Below, one piece after another: positions 1 through 8,173 of a DNA stretch of 14,734 nucleotides. The stretch is from Nostoc sp. GTDB taxonomy: Bacteria; Cyanobacteriota; Cyanobacteriia; Cyanobacteriales; Nostocaceae. A model generated the notes under the pieces. The model was not told the DNA's origin. It was given only the letters and a program-made list of their open reading frames with translations, and searched no databases. The stretch spans positions 1-14,734 of the forward strand of contig JBALDB010000044.1 of the NCBI GenBank assembly GCA_036918135.1, written 5' to 3'. Each line of letters opens with the position of its first letter. Position 1 is the stretch's first letter. Position numbers and translations under genes: made by a program.

Positions 1-599
1 TCTCAATTCTTGTTTGTAGTTTGACCACTGCTGTCGTTAATACTGCTGTGATTACCAATACTTATAAGTCAGCAGCACAAGCAGATGGCTCAGAAATGAT
101 TAACAACGGGGGATTTGAAACCGATTCTCTTGTAGATCCTAATAATCCTAACGCTACAAATCCTAATATTACAGGATGGATTAAAACTGGCGATCCGATG
201 GATACATCAGGTACTAGGATTGACAATTTTGCTAACACTGGTAACCAAGGTTTATCGCTTGGTGGATTTTCAGCCTTGAGCTACATCTCACAGACTATCC
301 CCACAGTCGTTAATCAATATTACCGACTTACTTTCTATTTAGCATCCACAGAGGAAGCACCTGGTCTAGATAATAAATTTAAGGCTTTTATACGTGGAGA
401 CAGGGTTTGTTGGAAAAAAAATACTTCTTACCAACCCTACACACAATACACGTTTTACTTTAAAGCTAAAGAAACATCCACCGAGATCAAGTTTGCTTCT
501 AGAGCCAATTATGCATTTTTATATTTGGATGATGTGAGTGTCAAATCTGTAGATCAACTAGGGCAAAACTCTGTATGTGACGATCCTGGGAGTGAATAA
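1..599 (+). CDS. Exported carbohydrate-binding-like (CBM_4_9/DUF642-like beta-sandwich) protein, no PEP-CTERM tail; 5' end lies outside the window
   Basis: Nt 1-32 match the interior of the signal-peptide region of paralog 3126..3701, so the true start is upstream. Shared motifs NGGFE, ITGW, YISQT, LYLDDVSV. Confidence 0.75.
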   Translation, partial: SILVCSLTTAVVNTAVITNTYKSAAQADGSEMINNGGFETDSLVDPNNPNATNPNITGWIKTGDPMDTSGTRIDNFANTGNQGLSLGGFSALSYISQTIPTVVNQYYRLTFYLASTEEAPGLDNKFKAFIRGDRVCWKKNTSYQPYTQYTFYFKAKETSTEIKFASRANYAFLYLDDVSVKSVDQLGQNSVCDDPGSE

Positions 600-855
600 G
601 TTACAGAGCGCGAGCTAACCCTCATTCTCTTCAAATCCCAAGCGATATCTGGCTCTATAGTGTTGAGAATGCCACTTAAATTTATCTGAATTAAAACTTC
701 ATTATCGGTTTATGAAAAGATTACCTATGGTGAATAGCTAACTCTTATAAACCTGGATCGAGTGTTTATTTTCTGACACCTATTAGAGCCAGTCTCAATG
801 TAACTATCAACTTGTTTGAATTGTCGGAATTTGGAATTATTTGGAGTAAATTTTG

Positions 856-1542
856 ATGAAGTTCCCGAAAAAACTCTCAGTTATTGTTTTTAGTTTTATC
901 ACTACCTTAGCTAGCACTGCTGTGATTACTAATACTTATATTCCAGTAGCACAAGCACAATATAATCCCAACTATGTTGTAGATCCTCAAGACCTTGTTT
1001 ATAACGGAGGATTTGAACTCGACCCTCTCGTAGATCCTAACAATCCCAACACTACAAATCCCAATGTTACGGGATGGAATAAGTCTGGCGATCCGTTCGA
1101 TACATCAGGAATTAAAATTAGCAATTTTCCTCAAAGTGGTAACCAAGGTTTAGCGATTGGGTCATTTGTAAATCCTGCTTACATATCCCAGAATTTGGCT
1201 ACGACTATCGGTAGTAACTATAATCTGAGTTTCTTTTTAGGAACGGACGAAGATGGCAGTGAAGTTGATAACATATTTCAAGCATTTGTTGATGAAAGCA
1301 AAGTTTTTGAGAAAATAAATAGTACAAATATTGCTGGAAATCCTTTCACACAATATAGCTTGAATTTTGTGGCGACAAAATCATCTACAGAGTTAAAGTT
1401 GGGTGGTAGAGCTAGCTATGGTTTTTTATACTTGGATAGTGTGAGTGTAACACCTGTGCCTGAACCATCAACTATCGGAGGAATAGCAATTACTGCTGGG
1501 TTGTTAGAAATATGGATGAATAAAAAGAAGGCAATAAGCTAG
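856..1542 (+). CDS. PEP-CTERM sorting-domain protein with CBM-like domain
   Basis: ATG 856 after ttggag. Signal peptide ending VAQA, NGGFE...YLDSVSV domain, C-terminal VPEPSTIGG + hydrophobic stretch + KKK. Confidence 0.88.
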   Translation: MKFPKKLSVIVFSFITTLASTAVITNTYIPVAQAQYNPNYVVDPQDLVYNGGFELDPLVDPNNPNTTNPNVTGWNKSGDPFDTSGIKISNFPQSGNQGLAIGSFVNPAYISQNLATTIGSNYNLSFFLGTDEDGSEVDNIFQAFVDESKVFEKINSTNIAGNPFTQYSLNFVATKSSTELKLGGRASYGFLYLDSVSVTPVPEPSTIGGIAITAGLLEIWMNKKKAIS

Positions 1543-2207
1543 AAAGAATAATTTTTTCGTCATTTTCATAAAAAAACAGAGCGATGGCTACATAATTTAA
1601 ATAAAAAAGCTGCGTCACTGCACAGCCCATTGTAGACATCGCATTACTTTTTTTATAGCTGAAGAAAGTTGAAGATGCCAAAAGTACAAATTTGAAAATA
1701 ACACCTTTCTTTATCTATTTTTATTAAAAATTATAGTTTAGCCAATTACAAACAACAAAAACTTATTTAAGACCCTTTCTTGAGTAATTCATTGATAGCT
1801 TTTTCAGCAGTCCTAAGAAAATTACCAACCTCAAGCTTGAACTAAAGTTGGTTGGTATTTAATTGGCTACCCGTCTCTATTTAGTAAACATAAGCTATAA
1901 AGCAGCAAAGTCAATATTCTTAACCTTTATTTGTATATAACCCGGATTTTTATCAGTGCAAGCAAGCTGAAGAAATTACGAACTTATACTTCAATTGTCA
2001 AGGTTTAATTACCAAATTGCTTGGTATAGACCTACTTTACTGGTACAATCTCATCATTCTATCCTTTTTACTCTCTATTTAAGTAAACCTACTGGAAAAT
2101 CATCAATTTCCATCGTCGGAAACGCTTTGGGCAATTTTGGCTTGGTTTTTTGTTTCCGGGTATAGGTGTATGAGAGCGATCGGATTTTATCTCAAACTAT
2201 AACTCTC

Positions 2208-3059
2208 ATGAACAGAAGAAGATTTATTACTTGGATGGCTACGGCAGTTACCAGCATGATGCTGGTAATAGGCTTGCAGTTTGTCAATTTCTCACCAGCA
2301 AAGTCCGCAACCACACTTAACGTGTATGCAGCTATCAGCTTAACAAATGCGCTCAATGACATTAAGACTCAGTACCAAAATGCTAACCCAGGTGTCACCG
2401 TTAATTATACATTTGGTGCTTCTGGTACCTTGCTCACTCAAATCCAAAATGGAGCACCAGCAGATATTTTCATTTCTGCCGCCACCGACCAACTAGATGT
2501 CTTGCAGAATTCCAGCCCAAGCAAAATAGTAGCAGGTAGCCGTAAAAACGTTGTCAAAAACAGTCTAGTTTTGATTACTCCGACGACACCTCCAATTAGT
2601 GCTGGTAGTTCTGGTCTGACTAGTATCAATGGTTTGACCAACCCCAACGTTACTGGTATTGCCATAGGTGATTACACAGGTAATCCTCCAGTTGTGCCAG
2701 CAGGAGAATACGCCAGACAAGTTCTTGTTAGTCGAGGTATTTTCAATCAGGTTAGTTCTAAATTATACCGTGCCAGTAATGTACGTGCCGTCTTAACTGC
2801 CGTTGAAAATAAAACTCTTGCAGTTAACGGTGTAAATAGAACTATTGACGCAGGTTTTGTTTACACAACTGATGCTTTCATTTCTAACAAAGTGAAAGTC
2901 GTACAAACTGCTGGCGCAACAGAAAGCGATCCGATTATCTATCCATTGGGTATACTCACCAGAACTACAGTTCTCTCAACGGCACAAAGTTTTTCTGCTT
3001 ACTTAAGTAGTACTAATGCCAAGAATATCTTCAAAAGTTATCAATTTAAGTTGCCTTAA
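2208..3059 (+). CDS. modA: Molybdate ABC transporter substrate-binding protein (ModA family)
   Basis: Motifs VYAAISL, FGASGTL..QI.NGAPADIFISA, VPAGEYA, NVRAVL..VE, DAGFVY.TDA, IIYP. N-terminal MNRRRFI + hydrophobic signal peptide; ATG 2208 preferred over 2166. Confidence 0.9.
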   Translation: MNRRRFITWMATAVTSMMLVIGLQFVNFSPAKSATTLNVYAAISLTNALNDIKTQYQNANPGVTVNYTFGASGTLLTQIQNGAPADIFISAATDQLDVLQNSSPSKIVAGSRKNVVKNSLVLITPTTPPISAGSSGLTSINGLTNPNVTGIAIGDYTGNPPVVPAGEYARQVLVSRGIFNQVSSKLYRASNVRAVLTAVENKTLAVNGVNRTIDAGFVYTTDAFISNKVKVVQTAGATESDPIIYPLGILTRTTVLSTAQSFSAYLSSTNAKNIFKSYQFKLP

Positions 3060-3125
3060 TCACTACAAAGTAGATCGATTCAGTACTCGTTGTCATCAAT
3101 TTTGAACTATTTGGAGTTATGTCTT

Positions 3126-3701
3126 GTGAAGTTCAGTAAAAAACTCTCAATTCTTGTTTGTAGTTTGACCACTGCTCTCCTTAATACTGCTGTGATTACC
3201 AATACTTATAAGTCAGCAGTACAAGCAGATGAGTCAGAAAAGATTATCAACGGGGGATTTGAAACCGATCCTCTCGTAGATCCTAATGATGCCACCACTT
3301 CAAATCCTACTATTACAGGATGGACTAAATCTGGCGATCCGATCGATACAACATTGATTAAAATTAGTAACTTTCCTAAAAGTGGTAACCAGGGTTTATC
3401 GTTTGGTGGATTTCAAAGCGTTAGCTACATATCACAGACTATCCCCACAGTTAAGCATCAATTCTACAAACTTACTTACTATTTAGCATCAACAGAGGAT
3501 ACATCTGACCCGAATAATAAATTTCAGGTTTTTATAGGTGGAAAGAAGGTTGATGTTGATAAGGATATTGCTTTTCAAGACTACACGCCATACACACTCT
3601 ATTTTGAAGCGAAAGGAGCATTAACAGAGATAAAGTTTGGTTGCAAAGTCAAGTCTGCGTTTCTGTATTTAGATGATGTGAGTGTTCAAGCTCTACCTTA
3701 A
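3126..3701 (+). CDS. Exported CBM-like protein, no PEP-CTERM tail
   Basis: GTG 3126 aligns with paralog starts (xKFxKKLS) after ttggag. Same domain; ends at DDVSVQALP. Confidence 0.8.
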   Translation: MKFSKKLSILVCSLTTALLNTAVITNTYKSAVQADESEKIINGGFETDPLVDPNDATTSNPTITGWTKSGDPIDTTLIKISNFPKSGNQGLSFGGFQSVSYISQTIPTVKHQFYKLTYYLASTEDTSDPNNKFQVFIGGKKVDVDKDIAFQDYTPYTLYFEAKGALTEIKFGCKVKSAFLYLDDVSVQALP

Positions 3702-4095
3702 TATTAAGGATAAAATTATGAAAATACAAAAACAGACGCTCGAGATGAATGAACCACAGATGACAAACTAATCTCAACCCTGTTAGTAACCCAAATAATG
3801 TCTGGCTCCATAGTGTCGAGAATGCCCCCATGTTATTATTTAGAAGTGCAAACTTACCTCTAAATACAATAGAATTAAGTTAAAATTTGTTGGCGATAAT
3901 TCTCGGCTATTAGAGACGCATTAACGCAACCCAACGTTAGCTTAGCGCAGCGATTTTCAGTCGAATTTAGTGTCTCTAACTTCTCTAAACTGGGATGAAG
4001 TGTTTAGTTTTATCGACACTACTTAGAGCCAGCATGAATGTAATTATCAACTTGTTTTAATTGTTTGAATTTAGAAATGTTTGGAGTTAAATTTC

Positions 4096-4737
4096 ATGAA
4101 GTTAACTAAAAAACTCTCAATTATTGCTTTTAGTGTTACTACTACCTTAATTAGTACTGCTGCGATCGCCAATAGTTATAATGCAGCACAAGCGGTAGAA
4201 CTTGTTAAAAACGGAGGATTTGAACTCGGTCCTCTCGTAGATCCTAGCAATCCCACCACAACAAATCCAAATATTATAGACTGGACTAAATCTGGCGATC
4301 CGATGGATACAACATTGATTAAAATGAGCAATTTTCCTAAAAGTGGTAATTATAGTTTATCACTTGGTGGATTTGTAGACCTCAGCTACATATCACAGAC
4401 GCTTGCTACACAACCTGGTCAGCAATACGAACTTAGTTATTATTTAGTATCTACAGCCGATCCATCTGACCTTGATAATCAATTTCAGACATTTGTTGGT
4501 GGAAAAAAGATTTTCGATCAAACAAATTTTTCTATGCCAGACTACACGGCATATAAGTTCAATTTCACAGCCGACTCATCATCCACAGAGTTAAAGTTTG
4601 GGTCTGTCGATAGACAAGCATTTTTCTACTTAGATGATGTGAGTGTAACAACTGTGCCTGAACCATCAACTATTGGAGGTGTAGCAGTTGCTGTGTGCGT
4701 AGGAATGTGGCTGAAGAAAAAGAAAGCAATTAGCTAG
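4096..4737 (+). CDS. PEP-CTERM protein with CBM-like domain
   Basis: MKLTKKLS signal peptide ending AAQA; VPEPSTIGG-TM-KKKK tail. Confidence 0.88.
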   Translation: MKLTKKLSIIAFSVTTTLISTAAIANSYNAAQAVELVKNGGFELGPLVDPSNPTTTNPNIIDWTKSGDPMDTTLIKMSNFPKSGNYSLSLGGFVDLSYISQTLATQPGQQYELSYYLVSTADPSDLDNQFQTFVGGKKIFDQTNFSMPDYTAYKFNFTADSSSTELKFGSVDRQAFFYLDDVSVTTVPEPSTIGGVAVAVCVGMWLKKKKAIS

Positions 4738-4830
4738 AAACAATAGGCTTTTTTGTCAGTTTTGTAAAACAAGAAAGCGATGGATACATAATTTAAATAA
4801 AAAAGGTACGCCACTGAACAGCCTGTTGTA

Positions 4831-4875
4831 CCGAAAAGTTGGAGCGGAGATTCCCTCTGCTCCAACTTTTCTAGA
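4831..4875. repeat. 45-bp palindromic insertion flanked by TA (small dispersed repeat/MITE-like; could also act as terminator)
   Basis: 16-bp inverted repeat 4834-4849/4855-4870 with one G-T pair. Absent from the paralogous intergenic copy at ~1625-1645. Confidence 0.6.
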
Positions 4876-5070
4876 TAGACACCGCCTTACTTTTTTGATA
4901 GCTAAACAAAGATTAAATTTGGGGATTTAATGCAACTAAAGCTTAGCTAACAATTATCAGCAAAAAGAAACTATTCCATTTTGTTGAAATTACTTCAAGT
5001 CAGCATAAATGTAACTATCAACTTGTTTTAAATCTTATCGAAAATTTTGAATAATTTGGAGGCAATTTTC

Positions 5071-5802
5071 ATGAAGTTGACTAAAAAAATCTCTACTATT
5101 GTTTTTAGTTTTACTACTACCTTAGCTAGTACTGCTGTGATTAGTGGTAGTTATATTCCAATAGCACAAGCACAATACAATCCCAACTATGTTTTAGATC
5201 CTAGAGACATTGTTTTTAACGGAGGATTTGAACTTGACCCCCTCGTAGATCCTAACGATCCCACTACTACAAATCCTAATATTACAGGATGGACTAAATC
5301 TGAGCCTTTCAATCCGGCGGACACACCTGGTGTTAATATATCAGGTATTAGAATCAGTAACTTTCCTAGCACTGGTAATCAAGGGTTATCGCTGAGTTCG
5401 ATAGTTGGAGCTCCTGAGATTAGCTACATATCACAGACGCTTTCTACACAACTTGGTCAGGAATACGAACTGAGTTACTTTTTAGCATCTATAGCTGAGG
5501 CACCTGACTATCTTGATAATCAGTTCCAAACATTTGTAGGTGGAAATAAAATTTTCGATCAAAAAAACATTTCTTTTCAACCGTATACACCATATAAGTT
5601 CAATTTCACAGCAGACACATCATCCACAGAGTTAAAATTTGGAATTGTGGATAGACGCACATTTTTATTCTTGGATACTGTGAGTGTCATACCTGTACCT
5701 GAATCATCAAGTATTGGAGGAATAGCAGTTGCAGGATTACTAGGAATATGGCTAAAGAAAAAGCGATCGCTGCCGCAACCACCTGATAAACTCTCTAATT
5801 GA
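5071..5802 (+). CDS. PEP-CTERM-type protein (VPES variant) with CBM-like domain
   Basis: Shares N-terminal AQAQYNPNYV.DP with 856..1542; tail VPESSSIGG-TM-KKKR with an altered extreme C-terminus. Confidence 0.85.
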   Translation: MKLTKKISTIVFSFTTTLASTAVISGSYIPIAQAQYNPNYVLDPRDIVFNGGFELDPLVDPNDPTTTNPNITGWTKSEPFNPADTPGVNISGIRISNFPSTGNQGLSLSSIVGAPEISYISQTLSTQLGQEYELSYFLASIAEAPDYLDNQFQTFVGGNKIFDQKNISFQPYTPYKFNFTADTSSTELKFGIVDRRTFLFLDTVSVIPVPESSSIGGIAVAGLLGIWLKKKRSLPQPPDKLSN

Positions 5803-5914
5803 TTCGCTCTAAGTTGCCCTTGCATTTAAGCACATCTTCTTGTGTTGGCTGTTGAGTGTTGAGAGTTAACCGTCAGTAGTCAACGAATTTAATGCCCATT
5901 TCCTACTCTCTTTT

Positions 5915-6247
5915 TCACTCTAACAATCTAAAAACTTCAGTGCATATTTTGAGATGCCCCTGTATTGCTTCATCCCAGGTGGGGTAGAAGTTTCTTTTTC
6001 CATCCATTGCCCCACCCATGACTAACGTTTCAAACACCATTGGCTTAGATCCAGAGTTGCATCTGCCAGGATTTAAGTCTATGCCTACAAACTTGGTTGA
6101 AATCATGCAGCCGTTGAATTCGTTGACCATAACTGTAATGTCGGCAATGGCAGCCGTCGCCATCCAAAAAGACCACTCCATAAACGATTCAACAGTGACA
6201 GGTGTCTGTCCTTCAAGTTTGTAGTAGCAAGTCAAAATCTCACTCAT
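5915..6247 (-). CDS. Hypothetical phage-like protein
   Basis: 110-aa ORF overlapping the upstream stop. Pattern IST.F.G.D...P.VFET.V.GG...Y.TW.EA..GH recalls phage hypothetical proteins (recollection, not a search). Confidence 0.7.
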   Translation of the reverse strand: MSEILTCYYKLEGQTPVTVESFMEWSFWMATAAIADITVMVNEFNGCMISTKFVGIDLNPGRCNSGSKPMVFETLVMGGAMDGKRNFYPTWDEAIQGHLKICTEVFRLLE

Positions 6248-6422
6248 AATCCACCCTATCTGTCGTTATAGGCTTCAAACTTTGCTTCAACACTACTTTG
6301 CACTCAGCACAATTGGTAAAAAGTGATGAGGCTTCCCTATAAATAACTGTCCTGCCACAAACAGCCTTTACATATAATTCTCCCCAGCCCTCAGAAACAT
6401 AATGAGTTATTTGGTTTGACAT
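6240..6422 (-). CDS. Small hypothetical protein, possible Zn-binding (H, CG, CxxC)
   Basis: GGAG upstream of ATG; overlaps the next ORF start (ATGAGTGA); co-oriented in the operon. Confidence 0.6.
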   Translation of the reverse strand: MSNQITHYVSEGWGELYVKAVCGRTVIYREASSLFTNCAECKVVLKQSLKPITTDRVDYE

Positions 6423-6448
6423 TGGTCAAAAATCTCCATTTTGTAAAA

Positions 6449-7636
6449 TTAGGTCAATGTTTTAACTAACTCCCGAAACAGTAGCCTTGCTGCCTTGGCT
6501 GCAATGCGATTTCTAATCAACTTTGCAGGACGACCAGCGGCTTTCTCGGCATCCAACTGAGTCCCCAATTGTTGACCAATATCATTTTTCAGGCGCGATC
6601 GCTTTGGCTCAATCCGAGTGTATACCCACTGCCACAAAGCTTTACGACATAAGTCAGAACCGCCCACAACTTTAGTCTTCTTGCTGTCACCCGATGCCAC
6701 CAGCGACGGGGCAGCACCTAACGCTTTCTGGAATCGGCGTAACGACAGATGCCGTTTAGTTGGCTTTTTAGAATTTCGCCCGCTTAGGATTTTCACCTCT
6801 GGTCTACGGTCAGCATCCAGGAATCCCTCAATCGGGTAAATCTGGGATATCAGCACCGATGAGAGGCGATCGCCAAAGCCAAACTTTTTAAAAACCTTGC
6901 GGTAAGGTTGAAACCGCACCTCAGCAAGCAATTGTTGCAACTCTACCTCAATGGCGTATTCTTCGCGCTGGAGATTACAGATGCGTTTTGCGTGTTGGCG
7001 AACCGTGTCTGTAATCCCCAAGCCAGCCGTTTGAGCGTAAAGACGATCGTAACGCGTACTTTTGCGTTCACCAGCTAGCCAACCCCAAAGTAAAGGCACT
7101 TCACCAGACTCACCCCGCAGAGAGCGTACCAGTGCTACCTCTGGAAACTGCCAGGCTAAATCCTGACGGGCACGGTTGATAATGGGTGATTGCACTCGGT
7201 TGAGGTGAGCCAGTCTCAGCACCAGTTCTCGAATTTTAACTATCGTCAGGTCGCGGATTTGGACAAATCGCCGTGGGTCGGCGTGGTAGTCGAAGTAGTA
7301 ACAAGCCAAGGCTAACGAATCTGCATCATCATCCTTGTCTGGCAAGGCAAGATGATTAGCCCGATAATTTTTTAACTCTTTATGACCGACCAACCGCACC
7401 TCTACCCCGCTTCGTGCTAAATGAGTACCCCAAAGCTTACTGTAGTTACTGCCAGTCGGTTCCATCAGAGCAATGTCCGGCTTTAGCTCTAACAAAGCTT
7501 TAATCCCTTGAGCATTGGCGCTAAAGCAATTAAACGGACATTCATAATAAAATTGACGTGGGTCTTCGGGTTTTTCTGTTAGCAGGCAAGCCGAAACTGA
7601 GGACTTGCTCACATCAAGTCCCAAAATTTTAATCAT
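6449..7636 (-). CDS. IS110-family DEDD (RuvC-like) recombinase/transposase
   Basis: GLDVSK (D8), LMEPTG (E59), KDDDAD (D103/D106), coiled-coil region, C-terminal LGAAP...SG (S315) and GS.LCRKALW. AGGAG RBS at 7643-7647. Confidence 0.88.
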   Translation of the reverse strand: MIKILGLDVSKSSVSACLLTEKPEDPRQFYYECPFNCFSANAQGIKALLELKPDIALMEPTGSNYSKLWGTHLARSGVEVRLVGHKELKNYRANHLALPDKDDDADSLALACYYFDYHADPRRFVQIRDLTIVKIRELVLRLAHLNRVQSPIINRARQDLAWQFPEVALVRSLRGESGEVPLLWGWLAGERKSTRYDRLYAQTAGLGITDTVRQHAKRICNLQREEYAIEVELQQLLAEVRFQPYRKVFKKFGFGDRLSSVLISQIYPIEGFLDADRRPEVKILSGRNSKKPTKRHLSLRRFQKALGAAPSLVASGDSKKTKVVGGSDLCRKALWQWVYTRIEPKRSRLKNDIGQQLGTQLDAEKAAGRPAKLIRNRIAAKAARLLFRELVKTLT

Positions 7637-7649
7637 TCAGTTCTCCTGG

Positions 7650-7885
7650 GTGGTTCAGTTTATGTCCCTGATGTCTGCCTGCGAATCACCCGAAGGCCCT
7701 TTGAGCCTAATTCACTCTCAAGGCAATAGCCGTCAGCGGGAACTGACGGCGACACAGGGAGGGAACAGCACAACCACAGCAGCCGAGCTTGGGAAGGTAG
7801 GAAAGCCAAAAACAGCTTGTTTCAAGTTAAAAGCCCTAAGCTGCTGTGTGTATGCGCTGTACGTCTGGGTTGGACTCCAGACCGC
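7650..7885 (-). ncRNA. Putative structured RNA upstream of the IS110 recombinase (bridge-RNA candidate)
   Basis: Stems 7863-7868/7877-7882; 7765-7772/7853-7860; 7775-7783/7840-7848; 7665-7675/7751-7760; 7729-7736/7743-7750; 7676-7680/7721-7725. cUUCGg loop at 7690-7695 on the minus strand. Confidence 0.65.
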
Positions 7886-7949
7886 GACGCGACGCAATTT
7901 ATTGCATCGCGTTTCGCCGGTGAGTCAGTCCGGCTCGTCAGGCTTTTCT
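7870..7949 (-). ncRNA. Hammerhead ribozyme (type I topology)
   Basis: Minus strand reads GC-CUGACGA-GCCGG(ACUGACUCA)CCGGC-GAAA-CGCGAUGCAA(UAAA)UUGCGUCGCG-UC/GC. All core nucleotides present; stem I is only 2 bp. Confidence 0.82.
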
Positions 7950-8165
7950 TATTGCTTCATAAGTGTCAATTACTCGCTGAATTTGTTTGGCTGACAGATG
8001 CTCGTATTGCTCAGTGGCTTTTTCTGATAGAATCTGGCTCCATGATTCAATTGGTATTCCAGTTTTTTGAGAAAGAGTTTGTATAGCTATTCCCGTTGCC
8101 AAAATGTTAATTACATATTCATCTCTAGGGATCTGAACAAATTCGTCGTCTTTTTCAACAACCAT
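7938..8165 (-). CDS. Hypothetical protein (75 aa)
   Basis: Strong GGAGGT RBS; stop TGA lies inside the hammerhead core. Confidence 0.7.
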   Translation of the reverse strand: MVVEKDDEFVQIPRDEYVINILATGIAIQTLSQKTGIPIESWSQILSEKATEQYEHLSAKQIQRVIDTYEAIRKA

Positions 8166-8173
8166 TACACCTC

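Noticed and set aside
800..813. NtcA site upstream of the PEP-CTERM genes
   Set aside because: GTA-N8 is followed by CTT, not TAC.
7705..7742. Gapped similarity (tcccgct..cggc..ccttga..tagg) between RNA domain 2 (minus strand) and the 44-bp repeat (plus strand)
   Set aside because: Needs several gaps and the blocks are at most 7 nt; not distinguishable from chance by eye.
7605..8086. Plus-strand ORFs 7605..7994 and 7817..8086
   Set aside because: Antisense to the operon, no recognisable motifs, and better explained by the structured RNA and ribozyme.
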